Positions 38,683 to 48,562 of a stretch of DNA of 64,000 bases are shown here, piece after piece. Origin of the DNA: an uncultured Muribaculaceae bacterium. Lineage in GTDB: Bacteria > Bacteroidota > Bacteroidia > Bacteroidales > Muribaculaceae. The translations under genes were made by a program, and so were the position numbers. Numbering within the stretch: position 1 is the first letter of the stretch; each line of letters starts with the position of its first letter. The stretch spans positions 23,100 to 87,099 of the forward strand of contig CAJTTA010000004.1 of assembly GCA_910579305.1 (NCBI GenBank), written 5' to 3'. Below the pieces are notes generated by a model, which was not told where the DNA came from, made no database searches, and worked only from the letters and a program-made list of their open reading frames with translations.

Positions 38683-39671
38683 TGATTGTAAATATTTGAT
38701 TTGTAACGTTTGAGATTATTCGGATCGGTAAACCACTCTATTGTCTTCTGCAGTCCCTGCTCAAGAGTGAACCGGGGCTCCCATCCGGTGAGAGCGCGTA
38801 ATTTCTCGGCAGATCCCAACAGACGGCGCACTTCGCTCTTGGAGGGACGGAGTCTCTGAGGATCAACCACCCAATCCACGTCGGCGCCCATAAGGCGTGC
38901 TATAGTGTGCAGAGTGTGCTCCATGGTGACTTCCCGACCTGTCGCGATATTTATTTCCTGCCCTGCCACCTTGTCGATTTCCGCACGCGCTATGGCCAGG
39001 AAGCCCCTTGCCGTGTCTTCCACATAATTGAAATCGCGGGTGGGGGTGAGGTCTCCCACTTTTATCTCTCTCACGCCCGATGCTATCTGGGTGATTATGG
39101 TGGGGATTATGGCCCGTGCGCTCTGGCAGGGCCCATAGGTGTTGAACGGCCGCACTATGGTCACAGGAAGCTCAAATGCGTTATAAAAACTCATGGCTAT
39201 TGCGTCGGCTCCTATCTTTGTGGCCGAATACGGGCTCTGTGGCTGGCGTGGATGTTTCTCTGTTATAGGCACTTCAAGGGCAGTGCCGTATACCTCGGAT
39301 GTCGAAGTGACCAGAAGCTGACGCAGCCCCATGTCACGTGCCGCCTGACACATGTTAAGCGTGCCCTTGATGTTGGTGTCCACATAGCTGTCAGGCGCCA
39401 CATAGCTATACGGGATGGCTATAAGAGCCGCAAGATGAAAAGCAGTGTCGACATCACGGCAGATATGCCGGCAGAAATCGGGATCCCGCACGTCGCCACA
39501 CACTACCTCAAGACCCGGATGCACGATGCCTTCGAGCCACCCCCAGTCGTTAAAGGAATTATACTGGCTTAATGCCCTCACTACATATCCCTCGCCAAGA
39601 AGCAGGCGGGTAAGATGCGAACCGATAAATCCATCGGCGCCTGTGACCAAAACTTTTTTCATGTCTACCAC
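38679..39671 (-). CDS. legB: NAD-dependent 4,6-dehydratase, LegB-like
   Basis: GADGFIGSH, YNSFNDWGWL, HLAALIAIPYSY, TSTSEVYG and YSATK. Confidence 0.88.
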   Translation of the reverse strand: MVDMKKVLVTGADGFIGSHLTRLLLGEGYVVRALSQYNSFNDWGWLEGIVHPGLEVVCGDVRDPDFCRHICRDVDTAFHLAALIAIPYSYVAPDSYVDTNIKGTLNMCQAARDMGLRQLLVTSTSEVYGTALEVPITEKHPRQPQSPYSATKIGADAIAMSFYNAFELPVTIVRPFNTYGPCQSARAIIPTIITQIASGVREIKVGDLTPTRDFNYVEDTARGFLAIARAEIDKVAGQEINIATGREVTMEHTLHTIARLMGADVDWVVDPQRLRPSKSEVRRLLGSAEKLRALTGWEPRFTLEQGLQKTIEWFTDPNNLKRYKSNIYNQ

Positions 39672-40069
39672 TTCTTAAAGTAATACATTGTGGCCGGATA
39701 GCCTGTAGCGAGCACCATCTCTCTTCCAGTCAGCTCCACTATCTGCAATTCGCTTTCACGCGGGAGCGAGAGCAGCGGAGGGAAGTCTGCATCGGGGAAA
39801 GAAAGAAACAGCGTCTCATCGGCCAGCCTGTAGTTGCCAAAGGTCTGCAGCGAATTGTGCAACTCGTTCACCTGCTGCATTTCTATAGTCTGATTCTGGA
39901 ACTTCCAGAAGATATTTCCTTGATAAGCGGCATCATCCACTCCGGCTCTTGATATGCGCTGGAGCTTCCAGGTGCCATAGAGCCGGCTGTCGCCTCCATT
40001 ATTGCGGGTGCAGGAGAGTAGAGTGATAAGGATGAGCGCCGCGCTGATAATAAGTACGTAACGTGTCAT
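39665..40069 (-). CDS. Lipocalin-like lipoprotein
   Basis: Lipobox LLSC and LYGTWKL motif. Confidence 0.7.
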   Translation of the reverse strand: MTRYVLIISAALILITLLSCTRNNGGDSRLYGTWKLQRISRAGVDDAAYQGNIFWKFQNQTIEMQQVNELHNSLQTFGNYRLADETLFLSFPDADFPPLLSLPRESELQIVELTGREMVLATGYPATMYYFKKW

Positions 40070-41628
40070 AGTATTCCTGAATAAGATATTGAGAGCATGG
40101 CTCCGAAATTATTGCCGAGCAGTCGCCCCGCATCCCATGCCACGGTGCCGCCGAGACACAGCCCAGTCATTGCGGGCACATGCCAGCGGGCCTCAAGAAG
40201 CATGGAGGTATCGGAGGTGCGCTTCAGCGCCGGAAGCAACGGAGTGCCCCAAGAGGTGCGGAAGCTGAACATGGCGCGCCACTCAAGCGATGAATGCAGC
40301 CAGCCTTCGGCCCCGAGATGGAAACCGCGTATACGGTTATCTGTAAAACGCATATATCCATCGGTATTGTATATGGGGCTCTTCAAGAAAGGAGAGCCTA
40401 TGGCAAGGCCGTAATTGGCCCATCCGTTATACATGAAGTTGTTATAATAGTCATCAGCGCCTGTAGCCTGCGACGGTATTCCGGTGCCGGGAAAGTCCCC
40501 CGGCGCCCAGTGCATGGGGCCGCTCTGATTGGTGAAGTCAAGATATTCAGCCACAAAGCCGGAGAGCACCGCATGGCTGTCGGGCGCCCGGTATTCCAGC
40601 CCCCACACCCCATCGAATCCATTAAGCTTGCCTATGCCGCTTCCATCCTCCCAGGGACTCTGCATGTAAGCGGTAAGCTCATGACCTGAGGGCAGACGGT
40701 AACGGAGCCGCAGATCCCATGAACCGAGATGATTGCCGTCATAGTAAGCCTTGTCGCCGGAGGAGGCAGATGTCCCTCCCACCCATGGGAACAAGGCATT
40801 GATGAAGTCCTTGAAGCGTGGAGAATTCTTGCTGCTGCCCGTCTGCTCTCCGTCTCTATACCAGGTGGTAGTGCCTCCGAACTGGGTAGCCTGCTGCATA
40901 CCTACCGTCACGGAGAACGGTTTCTCCGGATTGGTGCGTAAATAACAGCGGGAATAGTGCATCCAGCTCCCGGTCGTTATAAATGAATTATAGTAATTAT
41001 AATGATTCTCAAGCCACTTGCCGTCGGTCATCTTCCCCCATGATATCTCTCCCTCTATCTGCAGCCAACCTTTGGTAAACGGTATATCCTGAAAATCAAT
41101 GAATCCGGCCGACAGACGAGGTATGGGGCGCGAGTTGGCACTCAATGTGAGATCACCACTCCCTATGCGTGAGTTGAAGATGCTGCGCTTGTTTTCGTGC
41201 ATACCGGCAGTGAGAAACACTCCTCGGTATTTCACTCCGGCCCAGAGTTGCTGAAGCCACAGAGGAGCCGGATTGGCTCCATGCAAGGCCAGTTCGCCGG
41301 ATGATGCGTCATAACGTATATAATCCACCTTGCTCTGCCATCCTGCCAGCGCCTCAATGCCGAAACCGTATTCGAATCTGTGCTCCGTCTTAAGCTCTCT
41401 CTCGGCCTTGAGGTCGAGCATGATGCCGTCACCTTGGGTAAAACGGCCGTGACGGTTGCTCATTATATAATAAGGAGCCAATTGTCCGGTGCTACCCCAC
41501 ACATGCATTGTCACGTCATAATTCATGACAGGGCGGGAGAGGGTGTCGGCCGGCTCTTCCTGTAAAGCAGAAGCAGCGGCGGAAAGCGGAATAAGCGCCA
41601 GGAATACAGAGAAAAGTCTACTTGCCAT
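40066..41628 (-). CDS. Wzi-family outer-membrane protein
   Basis: SNRHG, SGDLTLSANSRPIP, GNHLGSWD and DDYYNN motifs; barrel-like C-terminus. Confidence 0.8.
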   Translation of the reverse strand: MASRLFSVFLALIPLSAAASALQEEPADTLSRPVMNYDVTMHVWGSTGQLAPYYIMSNRHGRFTQGDGIMLDLKAERELKTEHRFEYGFGIEALAGWQSKVDYIRYDASSGELALHGANPAPLWLQQLWAGVKYRGVFLTAGMHENKRSIFNSRIGSGDLTLSANSRPIPRLSAGFIDFQDIPFTKGWLQIEGEISWGKMTDGKWLENHYNYYNSFITTGSWMHYSRCYLRTNPEKPFSVTVGMQQATQFGGTTTWYRDGEQTGSSKNSPRFKDFINALFPWVGGTSASSGDKAYYDGNHLGSWDLRLRYRLPSGHELTAYMQSPWEDGSGIGKLNGFDGVWGLEYRAPDSHAVLSGFVAEYLDFTNQSGPMHWAPGDFPGTGIPSQATGADDYYNNFMYNGWANYGLAIGSPFLKSPIYNTDGYMRFTDNRIRGFHLGAEGWLHSSLEWRAMFSFRTSWGTPLLPALKRTSDTSMLLEARWHVPAMTGLCLGGTVAWDAGRLLGNNFGAMLSISYSGIL

Positions 41629-42547
41629 TATACGTACCTATATGCCTGTTCTTTTTACTTTCGAATATCTCGGATATCGCAAAGAAGATTCCACTCTCTT
41701 CCACATCTCCAAACTCCTTGTTGATCGCAGTTCCGAACATGCGCATCGTGGGCGAAAGGCTCATATATGCGTTTACAAGCGGGGGGATATTCACGCCATG
41801 GGCACGTATCTCATGATTCAAAATCTTGTAATCGGTCTTGAAATCCGGGCCTGTAAACATCCGTTGCAATTCTGAACATGCCTTTTCGCTCACCAGCGGT
41901 TCGATGGGCCACACCAGTCTGTCGGGATCAGGAAAATGCTTGTGCAGGAAATACAGCAGCATGTCGCGGCACTCCCAGTTATAACCGGGATACATGGTGA
42001 CTTTGCCAAAAAGATATTTTATCTGCGGATATTCCACAGTGAGAGCGCCGAGCCCGTCCCATAGATTATCCAGAGCATACAGGGCCTTGCTGCCTGCTTT
42101 GCTGCTCTGATATTCAAGAGTGACAAAGGAACGTCCCAGCTCCAGCATATGCGGGAGATAATCCTCTATGAAGCGAGAGGAGAAGCGAAACATATGGCTT
42201 GTGGCTATGCGGGGAGTGCCGTCGGGAAGCATCTCGATATCTTCGCCGAGAATAAAGCGATAGCCTCCTATGATCTTACAGGCATGCGGATCCCACACTA
42301 TAAGCTGACGGCATGGCACAGGCATTGTGTCGAATTCATCTATATCGCATTCAAGCCCTGTGCCTCCTCCCGCATCCCGGAACGCGATCTCGCGCAGGCG
42401 TCCTATTTCACGCATAATGTGGGGACACGAGTGGGCATCAGTGACATATATCTCATTATCACCCTTGTTGGTATGGCGCAATAAGCGGGAGGGCGTAAGC
42501 TCGCCCGCCAAAGCCTCTCGCGACACGGGTGGTATTATTTCCTTCAT
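41618..42547 (-). CDS. GNAT N-acyltransferase of the OlsB/GlsB ('hemolysin') type
   Basis: EIGRLREIAF...DIDEFD, GGYRF, LELGRSFV, LDNLWDG and IPPLVNAY. ATG 42547 lies downstream of promoter element TATTTTTG at 42574-42581. Confidence 0.8.
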   Translation of the reverse strand: MKEIIPPVSREALAGELTPSRLLRHTNKGDNEIYVTDAHSCPHIMREIGRLREIAFRDAGGGTGLECDIDEFDTMPVPCRQLIVWDPHACKIIGGYRFILGEDIEMLPDGTPRIATSHMFRFSSRFIEDYLPHMLELGRSFVTLEYQSSKAGSKALYALDNLWDGLGALTVEYPQIKYLFGKVTMYPGYNWECRDMLLYFLHKHFPDPDRLVWPIEPLVSEKACSELQRMFTGPDFKTDYKILNHEIRAHGVNIPPLVNAYMSLSPTMRMFGTAINKEFGDVEESGIFFAISEIFESKKNRHIGTYNGK

Positions 42548-42634
42548 GCTTGCTAACACATTGTTATAAGTCGCAAAAATACAAAAAATCTGCGAGAATG
42601 AAAACATCATGCGCCGCAATTCAATAATAAAAGA

Positions 42635-42692
42635 TATTCCGGCATCGGAAATTCTTAATTAAACATCTGATTAAGAACCTGATACCGGAATA
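42635..42692 (-). terminator. Long hairpin between the TonB-dependent receptor and the GNAT gene
   Basis: TATTCCGG...TTCTTAAT / ATTAAGAA...CCGGAATA nested inverted repeat. Confidence 0.55.
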
Positions 42693-42721
42693 AGCTATGT
42701 AATTGAAGCCACACCTGCGGC

Positions 42722-44884
42722 TCACATTCCCACTGAGGGCATAGGGGAAGAAGATGAGGAGGACTTGTCTATTGCATCGGAATCGATTTTATCACGGCCC
42801 TCCACCCTGGAATTGAGTTTGCCGAGCCTGAGGGAGACACTCACCTGCACCATGCGCAGATTCATATGGCCCGTAGTGCGGCTCATATATCCATCGCCAT
42901 ATTCTATCTGCTTAATATTCATGCGACTATAGAACGGGTCGATTACGCTCACCGTCACATTCAGCCGGTCTTCCTTAAGGAATGAGCGACCGAGAGTGAG
43001 CATATGCACAAATTGCGATACGCCTCTGCCCTGAAGCTCCACCTGCGGAGTCATGGCAAACACGTTGGCGCCGAGATTAAGATTCCAGGGAAGCTTCTGC
43101 TGCAGTCCGGCAAACACGTTCAGCATCCATCCGTGATTGGCAAAATTATCGGCTCGCTTGTTAATGTATGAGGGGGTGATGCCACACATGAGGGTGCTCT
43201 TCATGCCTATACGCCAGGTGGCATTGAGCGCGAGTGTCACATTCTTGCCATGCATGGCATTGGCATAAGTCGTGTATCTCACGCCGTCGCGCACATACAT
43301 CAGGCCCGTAAGCCCGTCATTGAAGAACGTATAAGAAAGCCTTGAGCTTATCATGAAAGCCCCGTGCATGCCGGTGTAAGCGAGCGCAACTGAGTTATGA
43401 CGCTCCGGCTTAAGATAAGGGTTGCCCACAGTCACCTCAAGAGGATTGCCTGCATTCAGATAGGGATTCAGGTAATATATGCCGGGACGCGATATGCGCA
43501 TGTCATAAGTGGCGCTGAGGCTGCGTGCCGGAGCAAAGCTCCATCCCAAAGCCACACTTGGGACAAGGTTGGAATAATCGGCCTTGAAATCCTCTCCCGG
43601 GCCGAAGAGGAAATGCGCCTTCTGAGCCGTATGCTCATATCTCAGACCAGCCTTGGCCGTGAAATCTCCTGCCGACAAAGCATATGAGGCAAAGCCTGCC
43701 GCTATCGTAGTGCGATGCCGATAGTCGAGGTCAAGAGATGTGGAAGTCGCTGTGCGCCATGTCATCTTGGCTCCGGCCTCTATGGTGTGGTGCTCCCCTA
43801 TGGGCAAGGAATATTCGGCAAGAGCCATATGCTGAGGCATATTGTTGTCATTGTCGCTTGTATAGTCCTCCGGCAGAACCGCATCGGAAGACTCGGCAAG
43901 TGGATAATAGTACGCTCCTGTCGTGGAAGTGGACGGCTGAGTGTCAAACTGATAGGCTACCCTAAGCTTATGGCTTCGGTCTCCTCCGAATATATGCGTA
44001 TAGTCTACTCCCGCACTCACAGAGTTGGAGTGTCCCCTATTGTCATTCAGCATGCCATAGCGCTGCGACAACACTCCATCGAAACTTGTGGCTGCCACTG
44101 CATCATATGGTGTTTTCCAGGAATACAGATGCCATGAACCCGATAATGCAAGCCTGTCGGCTTCCGTCAGCTTAATGTTGGCATCAAGCTGCGCATGGCC
44201 GAAGTCAAACTTATTCTTCATCTTTCCCGAGAACTCGCGTGACATTCCGTCAGCCTGGGCTCGCAGCATGTCGATATACATGGCAGGCATTGCGCCATGC
44301 GAGCCGTTGACATTCAGGGTAAGTCCCACCCTACCCTTCTGCATCATGGCATATATGTTTCCGCCCTGATTGTTGCTGCCGGCATCGACTGTGGCTGTAA
44401 GGGAATAGCCATCCATATTCTCGCCTGCCCTCTTCATTATTATATTGAGCACGCCTCCCACCCCTTCGGCGTCATAACGCGCTCCGGGGGAATTCACTAC
44501 TTCTATGCGCTGGACTACAGATGCAGGCATTGCTTTGAAAATTTTGCCGGCATTCTGCCCGAAGGCTGGATTGGGACGGCCATCTATTTCCACCACAAAG
44601 TCGCCCGAACCGTTAAGCATCACATTATCCTGCGCATCGACTGTCACCCCGGGCACCTTGCGCAAGATATCAAGCAGTGTCAGAGCCTTGGCATCAGGAT
44701 CTGCGGCAGCTTCGTAGGTAGTTTTTTCAGCTGTGGAGGAAACCACCGGACGCGTGGCTGTCACCACTACCTCTTCCAGCTCTTCCTGAAGAGGCACAGT
44801 ATCGGCTGCCTCCTGCGCATGTAGCAGGGAAGCGGCCGATACTGACATTATAGAAATACAGAAAATAGGTTTGAACATATTCAT
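42722..44884 (-). CDS. TonB-dependent receptor-like outer-membrane beta-barrel protein
   Basis: LEEVVVTA, LRKVPGVTVD, PGARYDAEG.GG.LNI and GNPYLKPE. Confidence 0.85.
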   Translation of the reverse strand: MNMFKPIFCISIMSVSAASLLHAQEAADTVPLQEELEEVVVTATRPVVSSTAEKTTYEAAADPDAKALTLLDILRKVPGVTVDAQDNVMLNGSGDFVVEIDGRPNPAFGQNAGKIFKAMPASVVQRIEVVNSPGARYDAEGVGGVLNIIMKRAGENMDGYSLTATVDAGSNNQGGNIYAMMQKGRVGLTLNVNGSHGAMPAMYIDMLRAQADGMSREFSGKMKNKFDFGHAQLDANIKLTEADRLALSGSWHLYSWKTPYDAVAATSFDGVLSQRYGMLNDNRGHSNSVSAGVDYTHIFGGDRSHKLRVAYQFDTQPSTSTTGAYYYPLAESSDAVLPEDYTSDNDNNMPQHMALAEYSLPIGEHHTIEAGAKMTWRTATSTSLDLDYRHRTTIAAGFASYALSAGDFTAKAGLRYEHTAQKAHFLFGPGEDFKADYSNLVPSVALGWSFAPARSLSATYDMRISRPGIYYLNPYLNAGNPLEVTVGNPYLKPERHNSVALAYTGMHGAFMISSRLSYTFFNDGLTGLMYVRDGVRYTTYANAMHGKNVTLALNATWRIGMKSTLMCGITPSYINKRADNFANHGWMLNVFAGLQQKLPWNLNLGANVFAMTPQVELQGRGVSQFVHMLTLGRSFLKEDRLNVTVSVIDPFYSRMNIKQIEYGDGYMSRTTGHMNLRMVQVSVSLRLGKLNSRVEGRDKIDSDAIDKSSSSSSPMPSVGM

Positions 44885-44914
44885 AATAACTAAATAACTT
44901 ATATTTTACCTCTG

Positions 44915-44946
44915 CAAAATTAAGCCCGGGACAGTTGCATTGCAAA
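44915..44946 (-). promoter_or_regulatory. Promoter of the TonB-dependent receptor gene
   Basis: Minus strand TTTG-N20-TAATTTTG. Confidence 0.65.
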
Positions 44947-44985
44947 TAAAATCGACAAAAGGTGTATAATCACCGACAAGTAGCT

Positions 44986-45029
44986 AAAAAAACAAAAAAA
45001 GACGTGCCCTCCTCTATGGGAAGACACGT
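44986..45029 (-). terminator. Terminator of the 1170-aa gene
   Basis: GACGTG...CACGTC hairpin followed by a long T tract on the minus strand. Confidence 0.7.
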
Positions 45030-45049
45030 CCTTCTAAAAGTATACCTAT

Positions 45050-48000
45050 TTATTTCACTATGACTTTATGAGCGCCATCGCATGTGTTCACCACATATAT
45101 TCCTGCGGGGAGTGCGAGAGTCCACTGGTCAGATGAAACAGTGCGGGATGCCACTACTTTGCCTGAGATATCGGCAATAGTCACCTCTGTTCCGGCAAAG
45201 CCGCGCAGAGTGACCGCACCGGTAGACGCTACCACACTGCGGCCGGAAGCCACTGTCTCCACTCCGAGTGTCTCAATCTTGCTTATCGAATAGCTGTCGA
45301 TAAGTGCCCATGATAAACTGCCTTCGGTGAACTCAACCATATCACGTATGGCCACCCACTGCTTGTCGTTGAGCTCGTCAGGGAGAGTGTAGGTCACGTC
45401 TACCCAGCCGCTTCCCATCGATGTGTCAATCTCACCTATTTCTATGGGAGAGTTTTCATTGCCATAGCAGAGGCCTATGAATTTCATTGACGGAGTGTGT
45501 TCGTAGAAATAGATTCTCATGCTCAGAGTAAACCCTGTCACAGTATAACCCTCCTTATCGGAGATCAGGAGAGAGGAGAACTTGGGAAGCTCTACCTGAG
45601 TGTCGCCTGAGGTATATTCGGTATGACCTATCATCGCGTAGCCATCGGCAGTAACCGCGCTGGGATTCAGTTGCGCAGGATCGCCAAGATACCATGACGG
45701 AGCATAACGTCCCTGCAGAGTGCTGAACAGAGATACAGGGCCGTAATGCAGTATTTCATCTTCAAAAGTCTCATTCATGGGAAGCTGGTAGGGCTTGCCG
45801 AGCACTGCGCTTGTGAGTGCCCTGGATAAAGAGACTGATTCGGGGGCATTATAAGCTTCCACGGCGAAATCGAATGAATCCTGATAATCCATTTCTGCCG
45901 GCACGCTGAATGTGTAAGAGAGCTTGTCGGTATCCTCTACCTCAGCCCATATCTCGGAAACGGGGTTGTAGACATATACGCGATAGCGCATGGCGGGAGC
46001 ATTGACAATACCGTCGTTCTCGCCGGTTGTAACAGCACGCCATCTTATGGATACAGAGTAGTTGTCCTCGCTCACTTCGGTGCTGAGGATACGGGGTGTG
46101 GACGGGATGTCAAGACCACACTCCACATTAGCCTGTGCTAGAAGACCTGCGCCGTTTGCATTGCTGCAGCAGAGGGAGATAGTATTCTCACCCTCGGCAG
46201 TATCGATTTCCACAGAGGTGCTCTCGCCCGGCTTGCCTGTTGCTGTAGCTGTGGCAGTGCCGCAAGTGGCTGTAAGCGCAAGATTGCTGTTGACATCCAT
46301 TTCATTGCCTCTGGCAGTCTTGGTCGGGAAAGTGAAATATACTGTGGCTTTCAGAGCACCTGTCTGATCCCCTTCCGCATAAATGTTCTCCACTTCCGCA
46401 GGAACCTCACTCGAACGTGAAGTGGCCTCAAGAGTGAGATTCTCAAGATACAGATAGCCGCTTTCCGCGGGGCTCACGGCATGGATGCCTATCACATAAT
46501 CGCCGGCATTTTCTACAGCAAACTCATTGCAGAAGTTCACATATGAAGTGTTGTTGATACCTTCTACACTGATAAGCTTACGGGTCATGTCTTCGGGATT
46601 GGCAGCACTGCCTATCCACACCTCAAAGCCCTCGGATGAGAGGCTGTAAGCTGCTTTGGCATCCACCGCGATGCGAAGGATTTGAGCGGCATTTTCTTCT
46701 GTGATATTCACAAAACGCGTAAACAGCCAGTCATCGGCCTTATTCAGAGCGCAGTAGGGATACTCTATGGCATTTCCATTGCGAATCCAGGTAAACCCGT
46801 CATTGTTGATATCCATCACAGTAAAGTCTGCGAAATTCTCGCCAAGATTCAGCGCAAGAGGCAATGTATAGCGGAATGAGCTGGAGGTGATCACCATAAA
46901 CTGCTTGCTTACGGGATCCGATTTAAGAGTGAGGCCTTCATCTTCGATAGATGCATACACACTCACTGTGTGATTGCCCTTGGAAAGACCTGACACATTG
47001 AGCACTGCAAGTTCACCGGGGGCAGAGACCACAGTCTGCTCCGCCCCTTCATCAATGCTGAAGTGAGCGGTCACTTCGCCAGTAAGCGGATGTCCGGAAT
47101 ATGACTCCTGCGGCATGCGGGCAGAGATAGTGCCGTCGCCACCATCAAGATTTATCTCGGCAATCGAGGGGAGCAGAGGTGTATTGTTTTCTCCATGCTT
47201 TATCGAGATATTTTTTACATAAAGATAATCTCTGTTCCTGGGGCTTGCTGCATGGAACGCAAGATATTTCTTTCCTGTCGCATTTATGGTGAGATTGACT
47301 TTCTTCTGCTGCCACTCACGACCTGTAGAGAATTCTGTATAAACGGCGATTTTGCTTTCACTATATCCTATGGAGTTCAGATCATCTGCCAGACTTACCT
47401 CAAGGGTCTCCGCACGCATATGGGTAGCCAGGTCAAATGTGAGCTCATACATACCGGTGTCATCAAAATCTATTAAAGGCAACACGAACCAGTCATCAGC
47501 TGGGTAAGCGGAGTCATAGCGGTAGGCAAAGCAGGGTTCATCACCGGGAGTGCCGCTTGTCTTATAAGTCCATGTCTGGCCATCATTATTGGCATTTATA
47601 ACGGTACACCAGCGGAACTCATCCTCCGTGGGAGTGATAGTAAATGGTATCTCCAGCTGTTCGGGAGCGAGTTCATGCGTCTCCACACTGATCTTTATGG
47701 GGTCACTCGATTCCTGCTTGTCGCCATTCTGCACCCATGCTACGAAGGAGACTTCATGGTTGCCCCCTGTAAAGGTATACTCCAGCGGCACTATCGTGCC
47801 GGCCTCACCGGATGCAGTCTTTACATGATTGCCGTCTACTTTCATGTCAAGATTGACATTGCCTGACAACGGCGTGTCGCCCATGGTCTTGGAGGGAAGC
47901 TCTACATTGAACCGGCCTTCCAGTCCGTTCAAAGTATAGTTCACAAGGAAAGGAGACGCCGGCTGGGCAGTCGATGCGCTGTTTATGGCAAGATTGCGCA

Positions 48001-48562
48001 CAAAAATACCGAACTTATCGTTGCTGGAAGCATGAATAGCCAGATGATACACGCCATCGGCCGATACCGAGAAGGCCTTTTCGCCTTTGGTATAGGCGCT
48101 ATCATTGCCGAAGTCCTTTATATCCAGCAACGTTGTCACCACACTTGACACATCTTCAGAAGAAAGGAGGTACACCTGGAAGTCCTCAGTCATATACCTT
48201 GTCTTGTATTCGCATGAGAATTTGTAGTCACCGGCAGCTATCTGCACTCCGGGAAGTATGATCCAGTTGTCAAGTGGAGTTGCATATGTTATGGAGAATG
48301 CTTTTTCACTGACATCGTATTGCCAGGTCTTACCCGTATTGTTATCCACACGTATGCACTGATCATACTGGTCGCGGGTCGGAGTGAACTCAAACGGGAT
48401 TGTGTAGGTCTCCTCCTGTTCCGAGACATAGGCAATCATTTCCGCATGCCCTTCACCTTTAGCAATACTGCCTATACGCATCAACTCTCCTGATGCATAG
48501 GCACCCAAAGAGGCCAAGGCAGTAATGGCACTTAAGGCCAAAATAGATTTTTTCCTTCTCAT
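45050..48562 (-). CDS. Large T9SS-type cargo with three cleaved-adhesin/choice-of-anchor-J-like domains
   Basis: Signal peptide; repeated D/N-N-D-G-x-T-W...D(D/N)W modules (DNWIILP, DDWFVLP, DDWLFT); FN3-like segment; CTD ...DISGK...LPAGIYVV...KVIVK. Confidence 0.75.
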   Translation of the reverse strand: MRRKKSILALSAITALASLGAYASGELMRIGSIAKGEGHAEMIAYVSEQEETYTIPFEFTPTRDQYDQCIRVDNNTGKTWQYDVSEKAFSITYATPLDNWIILPGVQIAAGDYKFSCEYKTRYMTEDFQVYLLSSEDVSSVVTTLLDIKDFGNDSAYTKGEKAFSVSADGVYHLAIHASSNDKFGIFVRNLAINSASTAQPASPFLVNYTLNGLEGRFNVELPSKTMGDTPLSGNVNLDMKVDGNHVKTASGEAGTIVPLEYTFTGGNHEVSFVAWVQNGDKQESSDPIKISVETHELAPEQLEIPFTITPTEDEFRWCTVINANNDGQTWTYKTSGTPGDEPCFAYRYDSAYPADDWFVLPLIDFDDTGMYELTFDLATHMRAETLEVSLADDLNSIGYSESKIAVYTEFSTGREWQQKKVNLTINATGKKYLAFHAASPRNRDYLYVKNISIKHGENNTPLLPSIAEINLDGGDGTISARMPQESYSGHPLTGEVTAHFSIDEGAEQTVVSAPGELAVLNVSGLSKGNHTVSVYASIEDEGLTLKSDPVSKQFMVITSSSFRYTLPLALNLGENFADFTVMDINNDGFTWIRNGNAIEYPYCALNKADDWLFTRFVNITEENAAQILRIAVDAKAAYSLSSEGFEVWIGSAANPEDMTRKLISVEGINNTSYVNFCNEFAVENAGDYVIGIHAVSPAESGYLYLENLTLEATSRSSEVPAEVENIYAEGDQTGALKATVYFTFPTKTARGNEMDVNSNLALTATCGTATATATGKPGESTSVEIDTAEGENTISLCCSNANGAGLLAQANVECGLDIPSTPRILSTEVSEDNYSVSIRWRAVTTGENDGIVNAPAMRYRVYVYNPVSEIWAEVEDTDKLSYTFSVPAEMDYQDSFDFAVEAYNAPESVSLSRALTSAVLGKPYQLPMNETFEDEILHYGPVSLFSTLQGRYAPSWYLGDPAQLNPSAVTADGYAMIGHTEYTSGDTQVELPKFSSLLISDKEGYTVTGFTLSMRIYFYEHTPSMKFIGLCYGNENSPIEIGEIDTSMGSGWVDVTYTLPDELNDKQWVAIRDMVEFTEGSLSWALIDSYSISKIETLGVETVASGRSVVASTGAVTLRGFAGTEVTIADISGKVVASRTVSSDQWTLALPAGIYVVNTCDGAHKVIVK

